A DNA stretch of 60,495 bases from Candidatus Adlerbacteria bacterium RIFCSPHIGHO2_12_FULL_53_18 (GCA_001775475.1 MEWW01000016.1:1-60495), one strand, 5' to 3'; shown: positions 9,135-19,011, numbered from the stretch's first letter. Made by a program: numbers and translations. The notes: a model not told the origin generated them from the letters alone.

Positions 9135-9851
9135 CTAGAGCGCGCGGTAGACGCTCCAGCGACGTTCACCTTCCCGCCTGATGACCCCCTGCTCTATAAG
9201 AGTATTAAGCTCGCGCTGGATGGTCTTCTCACTATAACCCTGCACCACCTTTGCTATGTCTTTAATGGAGACCCCGTTACTTTTCCTCACATAATCCAGA
9301 ATAAGGAGGGCCCTATTTTGTCCTTTAGAACTCTCAGAGTCCTTTTGTGTCTTATGTCCTTTAGAAATGTCCTTTAGACCTGCGGGGGCGCTCGCAAGGC
9401 TAAGAGGAGAGGGGAGTGGGGTAAATAATGGCTCGTCCTCTAGTGCCGGTACCGCAAGATCCTGTGGAGAAACACTAAGGCCCAGGTGTCTACTGTCGCC
9501 GACTAACCTATCGACTAACGCCTCATATTCTTCTACCAAAACCCTTGCGGTTTCTTTACTTATGTATCCCCGTGTGGCATGCAAGCGGAGGGTGGAAATA
9601 ATGGAAAAAAGGTCGGCAAGAAGCGTCTCTTCAACTATCTCCCCCGCCGATGCGTAGATAACATCCTGCATGACTTGCACTGCAAAATTAGCGGTTCCTT
9701 TTAGGGCTTCGGCTGAGTCAGAGACACTCCTCGCGGCGAGCACTGCCAGAACGTGAGCAAGTTTCTCAGTCTTGAGATAGCAGAAGTACCAGTTGCTGCG
9801 TCCTTTAAAAAGCTTTGAATGAAAGGCTATTTTCGTAAAATCCCTTTTCAT
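9135..9851 (-). CDS. DNA-binding protein with C-terminal winged-helix (DeoR-type HTH) and helical N-terminal domain
   Basis: The C-terminus reads RALLILDYVRKSNGVSIKDIAKVVQGYSEKTIQRELNTLIEQGVIRREGERRWSVY. The N-terminal function is unknown. Confidence 0.55.
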   Translation of the reverse strand: MKRDFTKIAFHSKLFKGRSNWYFCYLKTEKLAHVLAVLAARSVSDSAEALKGTANFAVQVMQDVIYASAGEIVEETLLADLFSIISTLRLHATRGYISKETARVLVEEYEALVDRLVGDSRHLGLSVSPQDLAVPALEDEPLFTPLPSPLSLASAPAGLKDISKGHKTQKDSESSKGQNRALLILDYVRKSNGVSIKDIAKVVQGYSEKTIQRELNTLIEQGVIRREGERRWSVYRAL

Positions 9852-9892
9852 GTCTTTTTTGTAATGTCTTTTAAAGTCTTTTACTGTCTTTT
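9852..9892. repeat. four phased GTCTTTT(A) direct repeats in a divergent promoter region
   Basis: GTCTTTT starts at 9852, 9866, 9876 and 9886, giving spacings of 14, 10 and 10 bp. Confidence 0.6.
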
Positions 9893-9992
9893 AAAAATTC
9901 CTATCCGCCATGTAGGACACTTGTCCGTTAGAGTACGCTCTCCTCTTAATCGATGCAAGCCTCTGTCCACATGCTATGATGTGTGGTGACTT

Positions 9993-12200
9993 ATGGCGCG
10001 TAAAAACGGTAAAAAAGACAAGGGGTTACTGAACAATCCTGTAAGCGCGCTTCCGGCAGAAACAAAACGAGGGGTGCTCGTGGTGGCCTTAGTAACTGTC
10101 GGGCTCTTTCTCCTGCTTGCGGCGTTTGGCGTAGCGGGCGAGGTAGGGGGAGAGGCTTATGCATTTTTCTACAACCTGCTGGGGGTAGGGTACTTCCTCC
10201 TTCCCCTTCTATTTTTTGTACTCGCCGGAAGCGCACTGCGGCCGGATGTAGCGACCTTTACTCCATTTAAAATACTCGCGAGCGTGGCGTTTATTGTGGC
10301 AGGCCTGGGGTTTATGTCGCTCGTGGGAAACGGCGGCGGGATTATCGGGGCACTCATTGCAGAGCCATTGGTGGAATTTTTTGACATCTACGTTGCCGTA
10401 CTGGCCTTGGGCGGCTTGGCGCTTATGTCGCTCCTCGTGCTCCTCGAAGGTGGCATTCCGGTCGCCACCTTTGGAGAAATCGGCCATGTGATATTGGCAC
10501 CGTTTCGCCTCTTTAAAAAGAAGGACCCCTTTGCAGAAACTGTCATCTCCGGCGCGGAACTCGAAGGGCCGGTTGAGCCCATGGCAGAAGATGAAGATGT
10601 GGTCATCGCCCCTCCGACTAAAGACGCCATCGGTAGCGGTGCTCGCCCTGAACAAACCGCAATCTCCTTGGCGCACTTGCTTGGCGAGTATACGCCGCCG
10701 CCACTCTCGCTCCTTGAGCGTGACAAGGGCCGCCCGGGCGTGGGCGACATCAAGGCAAACGCTAATATAATTAAGCGAACCTTGCAGAACTTCGGCATTG
10801 TCGTAGAGCTCGATGAGATCTCAATCGGGCCATCAGTCACGCGCTATGCGATTAAACCAGCCGAAGGCGTACGGCTGCAGAAGATAGTTGCGCTCCAGCA
10901 AAACTTGGCGCTCGCACTTGCGGCCAAAGGCGGCATCCGGATCGAAGCACCGATACCGGGGAAGTCGCTTGTCGGCATCGAGGTTCCGAACTCCGCCAAA
11001 GTGACCGTGGGGCTCGGCACCTTGCTTGAGACAAAAGAGTTTACGGAGACGCACAAACCGCTTTTTGTGGCACTTGGACGAGATATTGCTGGCGGCTCGC
11101 ACTTTAGCAATATCGCTAAAATGCCGCACATGCTTATCGCCGGAGCCACGGGCTCGGGAAAGTCGGTCGCCATACACACGATTATCACGAGTTTGCTGTA
11201 TCGTTGTGGGCCATCTCAACTGCGATTTATTTTTATAGACCCTAAGCGCGTCGAGCTGACGCTTTATCGGTCGCTGCCACACCTCCTAACACCGGTTATC
11301 ACCGACGCAAAGCGCGCAATCATGGCGCTACGCTGGGCGGGCAAAGAAATGGAGCGCCGTTATAATATTTTGGAAGAGGAGCGCGTGCGCGATGTTGAGT
11401 CGTATCACCAAAATGTGCTCGCGCCGGCACTTGAAAACTTGCGCAAGCGCGGCGGAAAGCCCGAAGAAGGAGAGCGTGTGCCCGAGGCAATGCCCTACAT
11501 CGTCATCGTCATAGACGAGCTTGCGGATATTATGCATACCTTTCCGCGCGAATTAGAAGCGGCGGTTGTGAGGCTCGCACAAATGAGCCGCGCTATAGGG
11601 ATCCATCTCGTGCTCTCGACCCAGCGGCCGAGCGTGAACGTCATTACCGGTCTCATCAAAGCCAACATCCCCACGCGCGTAGCATTGCAGGTCGCTTCGC
11701 AGATAGACTCGCGCACGATACTCGACCAAGGCGGCGCCGAAACGCTGCTTGGCGCAGGCGACATGCTCTACCTCTCGGCCGAGATGAACAAGCCGGTGCG
11801 CCTCCAGAGTGCGTTCATCAGCGAAGTGGAGGTAAAGAAAATTGTCGACTTTATCGCCAAGCACAACGAAGCGGAGCTGCCGATTGAGATAGGCGCGAGC
11901 AGTGCAGGAGAGGGGGGAAGTCCCTCCACTCCTCTCGCAACCGGTGGCAGCTTTGGTGACGAGGAGGAAATCGACGATGACATGTACGAAGCCGCGCGCG
12001 CAACGGTCCAAGAGGCAGGTAAGGCCTCAACCTCTTACATCCAAAGGAAGCTGCGGGTCGGCTATGCGCGCGCGGCGCGGCTTGTCGACATGCTCGAGGA
12101 GCGCGGCGTTGTCGGCCCCGCAGACGGCGCCAAGCCGCGCGAGATTTTGGACAAGGGTACCGCGCCGCCGCCTGTCGGTGAACCCGAGTCAACGCCATGA
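9993..12200 (+). CDS. ftsK: DNA translocase FtsK/SpoIIIE
   Basis: The N-terminus has TM helices. Motifs include Walker A GATGSGKS and VIVIDELADIM, and there is a C-terminal gamma wHTH domain (YIQRKLRVGYARAARLVDMLE). Confidence 0.95.
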   Translation: MARKNGKKDKGLLNNPVSALPAETKRGVLVVALVTVGLFLLLAAFGVAGEVGGEAYAFFYNLLGVGYFLLPLLFFVLAGSALRPDVATFTPFKILASVAFIVAGLGFMSLVGNGGGIIGALIAEPLVEFFDIYVAVLALGGLALMSLLVLLEGGIPVATFGEIGHVILAPFRLFKKKDPFAETVISGAELEGPVEPMAEDEDVVIAPPTKDAIGSGARPEQTAISLAHLLGEYTPPPLSLLERDKGRPGVGDIKANANIIKRTLQNFGIVVELDEISIGPSVTRYAIKPAEGVRLQKIVALQQNLALALAAKGGIRIEAPIPGKSLVGIEVPNSAKVTVGLGTLLETKEFTETHKPLFVALGRDIAGGSHFSNIAKMPHMLIAGATGSGKSVAIHTIITSLLYRCGPSQLRFIFIDPKRVELTLYRSLPHLLTPVITDAKRAIMALRWAGKEMERRYNILEEERVRDVESYHQNVLAPALENLRKRGGKPEEGERVPEAMPYIVIVIDELADIMHTFPRELEAAVVRLAQMSRAIGIHLVLSTQRPSVNVITGLIKANIPTRVALQVASQIDSRTILDQGGAETLLGAGDMLYLSAEMNKPVRLQSAFISEVEVKKIVDFIAKHNEAELPIEIGASSAGEGGSPSTPLATGGSFGDEEEIDDDMYEAARATVQEAGKASTSYIQRKLRVGYARAARLVDMLEERGVVGPADGAKPREILDKGTAPPPVGEPESTP

Positions 12201-12550
12201 AGCGCATATTGCTAGCAGCTCTCGTCCTCGGCAGTATTGGCGGTATTATTGGTTATGGGTTCTTTGAAGCGCGGCGGCTTCTGGAGGGCCCGTCGATAAC
12301 AATCCTCTCACCCGAAGACGGTAGCAGGAGTGCAGAGCCGCTCCTCACGATTGAGGGAGTGGCGCGCAACATTTCGTTCTTGACTATTAACGACAAGCCG
12401 GCCCTAACAGACGAGTGGGGGCACTTTACGAAAAAAATGACGCCGCCGCCGGGCGCCAACGTCGTAGTGGTACAAGGAGTAGACCGCTTCGGCCGGCGCA
12501 CGTCAAACGATGTCCGCATTACTATGCTAAACTTTTGTCCTATAACCTGA
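12197..12550 (+). CDS. membrane-anchored hypothetical protein
   Basis: Its ATG overlaps the ftsK stop (ATGA). It has an N-terminal TM helix followed by a beta-rich domain. Confidence 0.5.
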   Translation: MKRILLAALVLGSIGGIIGYGFFEARRLLEGPSITILSPEDGSRSAEPLLTIEGVARNISFLTINDKPALTDEWGHFTKKMTPPPGANVVVVQGVDRFGRRTSNDVRITMLNFCPIT

Positions 12551-12557
12551 CACACCC

Positions 12558-13625
12558 ATGAGCCCAAAAGAAAAAAAGTCATCGGCGCCCGCAGCATCAA
12601 AAGACTCCGCCGCAATAGACGCGGCTATCAGGGAAATTAAGACCAAGTTCGGCGACGAGGCGATTATGAAGTTGGGTGACGCACCAAAGGTAGACATTGA
12701 CGTTATACCCTCTGGTTCAATCGGACTTGATTGGGCACTCGGGATCGGCGGCTACCCGCGCGGGCGCATAATTGAAATCTTCGGCCCTGAATCTTCCGGC
12801 AAAACGACACTTACCCTCCACGCTATTGCTGAAGCACAAAAAAAGGGCGGGGTATGCGCGTTTATCGATGCCGAACACGCGCTCGACCCCGAGTATGCCA
12901 AGCGCATCGGCGTTAACATCTTCAACCTCCTAGTCTCGCAGCCGGACACCGGGGAGCAGGCACTCGAGATTGTCGAGAGCTTGGTTAGAAGCGGCAAGAT
13001 CGACCTCATCGTCATCGACTCGGTGGCGGCGCTAACTCCAAAAGACGAAATAGAGGGGGAGATGGGTTCCGCTCAAATGGGGAAGCATGCGCGGCTTATG
13101 TCCCAGGCACTTCGCAAACTAACTGCAATCACCTCGAAATCAAAGACGCTTATTATTTTTATCAACCAGATCCGAATGCAGATAGGGATGATGTTCGGTA
13201 ATCCGGAGACAACTACGGGAGGGAAGGCCCTCAAGTTTTATACGAGCGTGCGGCTCGACATTCGACGCATTGCACAAATTAAAAAAGGAGAAGAAGTTGT
13301 TGGCGGCCGGCACCGCATCAAAGTCGTTAAGAATAAGATTGCAGCACCGTTTAGAACAACCGAGTTTGACCTGCTCTACAATGAAGGAATATCTCGGGAG
13401 GGAGAGATTATCGCTCTCGGAGAGCGTCTGGGAGTTATCCACAAGTCGGGTTCTGCCTACTCATATGGCGAAGAAAAGCTTGGTCGCGGCTACGACGCCA
13501 CTCGTACGTACTTGCGGGAAAATAAGAAAATCGCCAACGACATTTTGCGCGAGGTTAAAAAAGGCCTTGCCGAACACGGGTCAGGCAAAAGCGCGGCCGC
13601 CGCGCAGGGCGGGAGTGACGAGTGA
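12558..13625 (+). CDS. recA: recombinase RecA
   Basis: Motifs [17 protein letters not shown] and [10 protein letters not shown] are present, and similarity runs the full length. Confidence 0.97.
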   Translation: MSPKEKKSSAPAASKDSAAIDAAIREIKTKFGDEAIMKLGDAPKVDIDVIPSGSIGLDWALGIGGYPRGRIIEIFGPESSGKTTLTLHAIAEAQKKGGVCAFIDAEHALDPEYAKRIGVNIFNLLVSQPDTGEQALEIVESLVRSGKIDLIVIDSVAALTPKDEIEGEMGSAQMGKHARLMSQALRKLTAITSKSKTLIIFINQIRMQIGMMFGNPETTTGGKALKFYTSVRLDIRRIAQIKKGEEVVGGRHRIKVVKNKIAAPFRTTEFDLLYNEGISREGEIIALGERLGVIHKSGSAYSYGEEKLGRGYDATRTYLRENKKIANDILREVKKGLAEHGSGKSAAAAQGGSDE

Positions 13626-13901
13626 AATCGCGGCAAACGCACCTAACACAACCGCAAGTTGCACGACAAGGGTCGTACTAAGCAAAGCAGAAAAGACAAA
13701 AAGCGCGACGTTCCCTACCCCGCCCTCCGCAACCTTGACAAAATTTTCCGCAATGCTGGGGAGCGAAACAAACGCTGCGAGACTCGCCCCCGAAAACACG
13801 AGCGCGTAGAACTTGAGCGCGGTAACGCTCATGAGTTTCCGTGCGGTGTAAATAACCGCAACATTTCCCATCACCCGCTCTTCAATACTTGGCTTAGTCA
13901 T
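13581..13901 (-). CDS. small membrane protein downstream of ECF sigma (candidate anti-sigma factor)
   Basis: Its start overlaps the sigma gene stop by 4 nt. It has 2-3 TM helices. Its 3' end overlaps the recA 3' end by 45 nt. Confidence 0.45.
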   Translation of the reverse strand: MTKPSIEERVMGNVAVIYTARKLMSVTALKFYALVFSGASLAAFVSLPSIAENFVKVAEGGVGNVALFVFSALLSTTLVVQLAVVLGAFAAISLVTPALRGGRAFA

Positions 13902-14488
13902 ACGTTGGTATTAATCGACTTATAAATTTTTGCAAACTCCCGCTTGGCGCGGTGAACACGAGTCTTAACGGCCCCGACGGAAACCCCTTCAGCCCGTGCT
14001 ATCTCTTCCTGCGACTTCCCTTCCAAAAAGAAGCTCGAGAGTGCTTTGGCAAACAGCGGTGGCATGCGCACCAGGACCGAAGCTACCAGGTCTTGAAACT
14101 CTGCTCTTTCGAACTGGCGCAGGTTCTTGTCAGGGATTAAGTTCCAAATCTCTTCGTCGAGCGCTGCCGTGTGCTCTCCCCTCCTCTTGCGCTTCATATA
14201 GTGCGTAAGCGCGGTGTTGATGAGGATCCGGTATCCCCACGAAGAGAACGAGGCACCTTCTTGCGGAGCAAACTTCTTGGCGTTGAGGTAAATTTTCGTG
14301 AAGGCCTCTTGCACAATGTCCTCAGCCTCTTCCCGCTCCCGCACAATAGAGAGCGCCTTGCGCAGAAACGCCGCCTCATACCTGCGTACAAGCTCTGCAA
14401 AGAGGCTGGGGTGCGCCACAGATGCCGCAAGCAGCTCCTCATCAGGGTATTGCTCCTCGGCCTGCTCTAAAGAGAGATACGACATCAT
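13898..14488 (-). CDS. RNA polymerase sigma factor, sigma-70 family (ECF-type)
   Basis: Region 2 reads EAEDIVQEAFTKIY...SWGYRILIN. Region 4 reads EGKSQEEIARAEGVSVGAVKTRVHRAKREF. Confidence 0.85.
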   Translation of the reverse strand: MMSYLSLEQAEEQYPDEELLAASVAHPSLFAELVRRYEAAFLRKALSIVREREEAEDIVQEAFTKIYLNAKKFAPQEGASFSSWGYRILINTALTHYMKRKRRGEHTAALDEEIWNLIPDKNLRQFERAEFQDLVASVLVRMPPLFAKALSSFFLEGKSQEEIARAEGVSVGAVKTRVHRAKREFAKIYKSINTNV

Positions 14489-14494
14489 GTTTCT

Positions 14495-14500
14495 ACTCTA
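14495..14500 (-). promoter_or_regulatory. -10-like hexamer TAGAGT, 6 nt before sigma ATG
   Basis: Minus strand reads TAGAGT-agaaac-ATG. Confidence 0.4.
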
Positions 14501-14529
14501 TCACCGCCTCACCCCTATTAACAATATGA

Positions 14530-14997
14530 ATGCGGCCAAGGTTACGAGGCGGTATACTGAATGATGTGAGTTTTGTAGCCAAACGAGTCTTCCCCGCTCT
14601 AGCGGTCTTCTTTTTTATTACTGCGGCCATCACCGTACTCGACATTGCAAGCCACATACAGGAGTTCAGTGTTATACCGTGGCTCTTTATAGGGTACGCC
14701 AGCCTCAACGTCATGCGGGGAATTGGGTTCCTTAACCGCGAGCGTTGGCTGCTCTACTTCTTTACCCTACACGCCGTCGCCACCACCGTACTTGGCATTG
14801 TAAGCACGATGCTAGGCACCTCACCGGGGCTTCTTCCCATCAGTGTGAATATCGTACTTTCATGGGCCTTGTGGGTGCTACTATTTACTACGAGGCATGA
14901 GCTCACACAGTCCAAGTGGAGCATACTTGAAGCGGTAGTTGCATTTGTCATTTGGCTCCTCGTGTTCACCTCCACTGCTACACAACTGCTTATTTAA
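14530..14997 (+). CDS. integral membrane protein, unknown function
   Basis: The protein has 4-5 TM helices. An in-frame GTG at 14566 is an alternative start, preceded by TATACT (14553-14558) plus 7 nt. Confidence 0.5.
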   Translation: MRPRLRGGILNDVSFVAKRVFPALAVFFFITAAITVLDIASHIQEFSVIPWLFIGYASLNVMRGIGFLNRERWLLYFFTLHAVATTVLGIVSTMLGTSPGLLPISVNIVLSWALWVLLFTTRHELTQSKWSILEAVVAFVIWLLVFTSTATQLLI

Positions 14998-15013
14998 TTA
15001 ATCAAAAATCATT

Positions 15014-15724
15014 ATGTATGCGCTTTTAGAAAGACCGGTAGTGCGAGGGACGCTTGCATGCTTGGTAGTTGTGTCGCTTCTGTTGGTGCCGATGCATCAG
15101 CCGGCGCAGGGGAAGCCCGTGATACAGGTTATCATTGTGGCAATTGGTTTCGGTCTGATAGGTGTCGGCGTCGCATGTCTGACGCAATGGCTCGATATCT
15201 GCAAGGATGGCGGAGGTAAGAAGGGCGGAGGCGGGGGTGGAAATAATGATGATGACAATGGGGATGGAGGGGGCGGGGGTGAAAATAATGATGACGACAA
15301 TGGGGATGGAGACGGGAACGGAAACAACGTCCCTATTCAATGCGGACTATCAAATATAAACGGGTGTGGCATGCAAGAGCCGCGTACTACATTCCCAGGC
15401 GTGGCTTGCGACCTCTCTCCTATACCAAACAGTCAGTGCCCTGTGCCGGTTATAGGCGAAGCGGACTTTTACGCAGACCCGGACCGCGTGAGGTCGGGAA
15501 ACACAACCCGCCTCTATTGGGAAGTATCTAATGCGACCGTGTGTTCTCTCACGGGCGGCGGTCTTAACCTCCTTTCACTCTTGGACGAAGGCGCGCAAGA
15601 AACTAACGACATAACGGCTGCCACGACCTTTACGCTTACTTGTTCAAACGGCTCTGCAGTCGACAGTCCCAAAGCTTCACAGCAAACAAACGTTACCCTT
15701 ATTCCGTCGTTCCAGGAAATTTAA
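15014..15724 (+). CDS. membrane-anchored protein with G/N/D low-complexity linker and C-terminal Ig-like domain
   Basis: TM helices are followed by the linker GGGGGNNDDDNGDGGGGGENNDDDNGDG. The C-terminal domain is Cys-containing and beta-rich (TTRLYWEVSNATVCSLTGGG...TFTLTCSN). Confidence 0.55.
   Translation: MYALLERPVVRGTLACLVVVSLLLVPMHQPAQGKPVIQVIIVAIGFGLIGVGVACLTQWLDICKDGGGKKGGGGGGNNDDDNGDGGGGGENNDDDNGDGDGNGNNVPIQCGLSNINGCGMQEPRTTFPGVACDLSPIPNSQCPVPVIGEADFYADPDRVRSGNTTRLYWEVSNATVCSLTGGGLNLLSLLDEGAQETNDITAATTFTLTCSNGSAVDSPKASQQTNVTLIPSFQEI
15231..15314 (+). repeat. two copies of a 42-bp in-frame tandem repeat
   Basis: GCGGGGGTGGAAATAATGATGATGACAATGGGGATGGAG and GCGGGGGTGAAAATAATGATGACGACAATGGGGATGGAG begin at 15231 and 15273. 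Confidence 0.8.
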
Positions 15725-17153
15725 ACTCTCCCCTGAGCACCCCTTGCTCTCCGTACTCGAGTGATGCGAGGAGGTTGCCTTCCGCGTCAATGAGCGCAGA
15801 GGGGCCGTATACGGTAGCCCGTATGACTGGCTTTTGGTAGCGCGCGGCGTAGTACTGAGCCGCGGCTAAGCTAAAATTTGCGACGAGCGATCCCGGAAAG
15901 AACGAATCGTCGCCGACCGCAATAAGTAACTCGGTGTTCTTCCTCTCGGCCGGAGTAAGGGTTCTGCTATGCAGTTCGGAACAAATAAGACCACTTACCC
16001 CTACTCCTTGTACCACAAGGGTGTCGCCCCGCTCTCCCGCAGCGATATCGTATGTCCCTCGAGCAATACCTGCGCCCCTCATCCACTCCGGCACATAATC
16101 TGAAAACAGATATAGTTTCTGTTTTTGATACACAGCCTTCTCCTCTGCTCGCCAAAAGGCATACTCGTCGTAGAGACTGCCCCCTTCTGCAAGAGTGTTC
16201 CAAATCATAACGGTAGTGGAGGTGGGCACAGTGCGAGCAAACCACGCACCCACGGCCTCGTCGCGTGCTACGTCTTGTATGCCGGCAATTATAGGAGGCT
16301 CTCCACGGTATACCACGCCCTCAACCGGCGAGAAGGGGTAGATAACTAGGTCGGTACTCGAAGCTGCCTCAGTAATGATTCGCTCCAGCTCCGGAGCAAT
16401 AAAAATACCCTCAACCTCATTGCCATACGGAAGCTCCTGTACAGACACGGGGGCTGGCTGGATAAGCGCCACGGCAAGTGGTTGTGTGGCCATGCTACTA
16501 CTCTCCCGAGAACTCATGAGAAGTGCGACCGAGAGCACCGAGACAAGTGCGGCAAAACCTACCCACAATGCCGTTGTGGTTTGTTTGTAGTAGGCGGCAC
16601 GTACGCCTTCGGTAATAAGTGCATTGACGAGCATCACAAAACAGGAGACGAGAAGTGTGCCACCCACAGAGACGATCAGTCGCGCTACCGGCAGTGCAAC
16701 AACTGCATGGGCGAGCGAGCCAAAGTAGTACCCGCCGAATACCCACATGAGGATGCTTTCAACTACGCAATAGAGCCCCGCAGCGACAATGGGCCACACT
16801 GCATACATGCGGAGGCTCGCGCTATGCAGGAGGTAAACCACAGCACCGAACAAGGCCGCAATCGCGGCAAGCGTCGGAATGCTGCTGAGTTGCACCGCTA
16901 CGGTGAAAAGCAGCGAGTGTGGGAAGAGGACAACGTGTACGAGAGAAAAATAGACGAGCGGGCCTATACCCAAGATACCCACCTGGGCGCCACCTAAAAG
17001 AAGTTCGCGCCGAGTACGCGCAGGATCAAGTACAAAATAAAAAAGAGGCACCAGCGCTACAAACGCGAGCCACCAGAAATAAAACGGGTAGAACACAAGT
17101 GCAAGAAGCACGCCCGAGAGTGCGGGTAAAGCATAAAAGCGCATATCATACAT
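15699..17153 (-). CDS. lnt: apolipoprotein N-acyltransferase-like (TM domain plus CN-hydrolase domain)
   Basis: I moved the start to MYDMRFYAL (ATG at 17153, preceded by GAGGT). The protein has multiple TM helices. The C-terminus reads LICSELHS...RATVYGPSALIDAEGN. Confidence 0.7.
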   Translation of the reverse strand: MYDMRFYALPALSGVLLALVFYPFYFWWLAFVALVPLFYFVLDPARTRRELLLGGAQVGILGIGPLVYFSLVHVVLFPHSLLFTVAVQLSSIPTLAAIAALFGAVVYLLHSASLRMYAVWPIVAAGLYCVVESILMWVFGGYYFGSLAHAVVALPVARLIVSVGGTLLVSCFVMLVNALITEGVRAAYYKQTTTALWVGFAALVSVLSVALLMSSRESSSMATQPLAVALIQPAPVSVQELPYGNEVEGIFIAPELERIITEAASSTDLVIYPFSPVEGVVYRGEPPIIAGIQDVARDEAVGAWFARTVPTSTTVMIWNTLAEGGSLYDEYAFWRAEEKAVYQKQKLYLFSDYVPEWMRGAGIARGTYDIAAGERGDTLVVQGVGVSGLICSELHSRTLTPAERKNTELLIAVGDDSFFPGSLVANFSLAAAQYYAARYQKPVIRATVYGPSALIDAEGNLLASLEYGEQGVLRGEFKFPGTTE

Positions 17154-17181
17154 ATTACCTCGACAGCTGCCTTTTTTTGTA

Positions 17182-17187
17182 TACAAT
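17182..17187 (+). promoter_or_regulatory. -10-like hexamer TACAAT, 6 nt before efp ATG
   Basis: Plus strand reads TGTATACAAT-gcacaa-ATG. Confidence 0.45.
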
Positions 17188-17193
17188 GCACAA

Positions 17194-17763
17194 ATGCTTG
17201 AATACAACGAAATTCTTCCTAAAAAGATAATCCTCCTCGACGGAGAGCCGTATGAAGTGATAGACGCGCATGTCTTTCGCAAACAGCAACGAAAGCCGGT
17301 TAACCAGACGAAGTTGCGCCACTTCATCACGGGCCGCATCACCGAGCAAGCTTTTCATGTTTCGGAAAAAGTGGAAGAGGCGGACCTCTCTACGAAACCC
17401 GTTAAATTCCTTTATCAAAATCGCGGTCAATGGTGGTTTTGCTCCCCTACTAACCCAGCGGAGCGTTTTGAACTCCCTGAAGCAACCGTTGGTCCCCAGG
17501 GCCAGTTTCTAAAGCCAAACAGCGTCATAGATGCCTTAGTGTTCGACGAAAAGATAATCGCGCTTAAAATCCCCATCAAAGTAGAACTCCTGGTCAAAGA
17601 GGCGCCGCCCGCAGTGCGCGGCAACACCGCCCAAGGCGGCACTAAACAAATTATCCTTGAGACCGGTGCCGCTGTTAACGCGCCCCTATTCGTCAACGAA
17701 GGCGATATTGTGCGGGTAAATACCGAGCTCGCCAGCTACGTCGAGCGCGTAGACAAAAAATAG
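17194..17763 (+). CDS. efp: elongation factor P
   Basis: The 189-aa protein shows the three-domain EF-P pattern (LDGEPYEVID..., VELLVKEAPPAVRGNTAQGGTK). It ends with TAG. Confidence 0.93.
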   Translation: MLEYNEILPKKIILLDGEPYEVIDAHVFRKQQRKPVNQTKLRHFITGRITEQAFHVSEKVEEADLSTKPVKFLYQNRGQWWFCSPTNPAERFELPEATVGPQGQFLKPNSVIDALVFDEKIIALKIPIKVELLVKEAPPAVRGNTAQGGTKQIILETGAAVNAPLFVNEGDIVRVNTELASYVERVDKK

Positions 17764-17961
17764 TTATCGAACAATATACGGCAAAAGTGCCATAAAGCGC
17801 GCGCGCTTAACGGCGGTTGCAAGTGACCGCTGGCCGGCGGCAGAGAGGCCCGTGCGGCGGCGCGGCATAATCTTGCCATGCGGATTAAGAAAGCGTTTTA
17901 GCGTCTCGATGTCTTTGTAATCGATGTGGCTAATTTGAATGTTTGCTGAGTCAGGTTGCAT
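17764..17961 (-). CDS. rpsR: 30S ribosomal protein S18
   Basis: Sequence [48 protein letters not shown] is typical of S18. Confidence 0.9.
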   Translation of the reverse strand: MQPDSANIQISHIDYKDIETLKRFLNPHGKIMPRRRTGLSAAGQRSLATAVKRARFMALLPYIVR

Positions 17962-18001
17962 AAAAGTTATTGATTGCTCTTTAATTTGTTCTAAAATAAA
18001 T

Positions 18002-18454
18002 TTAGAATGGTATATCGTCTGGGTTAATATCCTCTTCCGGATACTCTATCCCCTCCTCTTTAGGAGCGCGCTGCCCCTCGACTTTGCTCGGGGTAAACGG
18101 ACCTTCGTCACCTTGCCGTGAGCCTGTCGAACGGGGGCCAAACTGCACGCGCTCGGCGACAATTTCGGTGCGATACTGCTTGCCTTTTTCCGGACTCTCC
18201 CAGCTCCTGGTTTGTATCCGGCCTTCGACAAACACTCCTGCCCCCTTTTTGAGGTACTGCGAGACCGTTTCCGCCTGCCGGCCAAAGACAACTACGTTGT
18301 GGAACTCGGTGCTCTCCTGCTTGCTGCCGTCGGCCTTTTTAAACACGCGGTTGGTTGCCAAGCCAAACGATGCGACGTGCCCGCCTGAAGGGAGCGCTCG
18401 CAGCTCTGGGTCGCGCGTGAGGTTACCGAAGAGAAATGCTTTGTTGATGTACAT
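18002..18454 (-). CDS. ssb: single-stranded DNA-binding protein
   Basis: The OB fold begins [16 protein letters not shown]. The acidic tail ends DDIPF. Confidence 0.93.
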   Translation of the reverse strand: MYINKAFLFGNLTRDPELRALPSGGHVASFGLATNRVFKKADGSKQESTEFHNVVVFGRQAETVSQYLKKGAGVFVEGRIQTRSWESPEKGKQYRTEIVAERVQFGPRSTGSRQGDEGPFTPSKVEGQRAPKEEGIEYPEEDINPDDIPF

Positions 18455-18459
18455 ACCTG

Positions 18460-18999
18460 TTAGTTTACCAGAGCGTCGATGCTCTTGGTCAACTCTTCGT
18501 CCGACACTTCGCCCGGCGTCTCGGGGGCTGTTGCTGGCTTCTTGATGGTTTCGCCCTCGAGACGATTGGAGGAGTAGACAGCACGGCGCGCGATAATCGG
18601 CTCTTCGCGCGTGGTTTCAATAAGGAGGTAACGCAAAATGTCTTTTGCGCTGCGCAACTGCGCCTCGAGTGCCGCGACATGCTCGCGCTCTGCAGCAAAC
18701 TTGATGAAGCCGAAGTAAGATTCCGTATACTTCTCGCGCTTTCCTGCCGCCGAACGTTCGATAGTGTAGGCGAGCGTCATTTTTTGTGGGAACTGATCCC
18801 TGATTATTTCCGCCTTGACCTCTGCGAGGACGGCACGAATAGTCTCCACCACATCGCCTACTTTTACCTCTTCTACCGTAGGCACGACATGAAAGCCGAC
18901 CTCGTAGACGGGGCGCGTGCCCTCCGTAGCTTGAGCGGAGGAGGGGCTGTTGTTCGCTTGGGATGAGGTCTCGGCTGAGACCTGCGACATTTCTGCCAT
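18460..18999 (-). CDS. rpsF: 30S ribosomal protein S6 (with N- and C-terminal extensions)
   Basis: The core reads YEVGFHVVP...YFGFIKFAAE...RYLLIET. The gene order is rpsF-ssb-rpsR. Confidence 0.85.
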   Translation of the reverse strand: MAEMSQVSAETSSQANNSPSSAQATEGTRPVYEVGFHVVPTVEEVKVGDVVETIRAVLAEVKAEIIRDQFPQKMTLAYTIERSAAGKREKYTESYFGFIKFAAEREHVAALEAQLRSAKDILRYLLIETTREEPIIARRAVYSSNRLEGETIKKPATAPETPGEVSDEELTKSIDALVN

Positions 19000-19005
19000 G
19001 CGGGC

Positions 19006-19011
19006 ACTATA
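19006..19011 (-). promoter_or_regulatory. -10-like hexamer TATAGT, 6 nt before rpsF ATG
   Basis: Minus strand reads TATAGT-gcccgc-ATG. Confidence 0.45.

Noticed and set aside
9852-9992. Chromosomal replication origin (AT-rich repeats plus DnaA-like boxes at a strand switch)
   Set aside because: No dnaA or dnaN lies nearby, and the boxes match only 6-7 of 9 positions. About 30 kb to the right is again almost entirely minus-strand, which does not fit a leading-strand switch here. I kept it only as an operator-like repeat finding.
15231-15314. Short repeat array as a possible CRISPR or non-coding satellite
   Set aside because: There are only two tandem 42-bp units. They are in-frame within a gene and encode a G/N/D linker, with no spacers and no cas genes.
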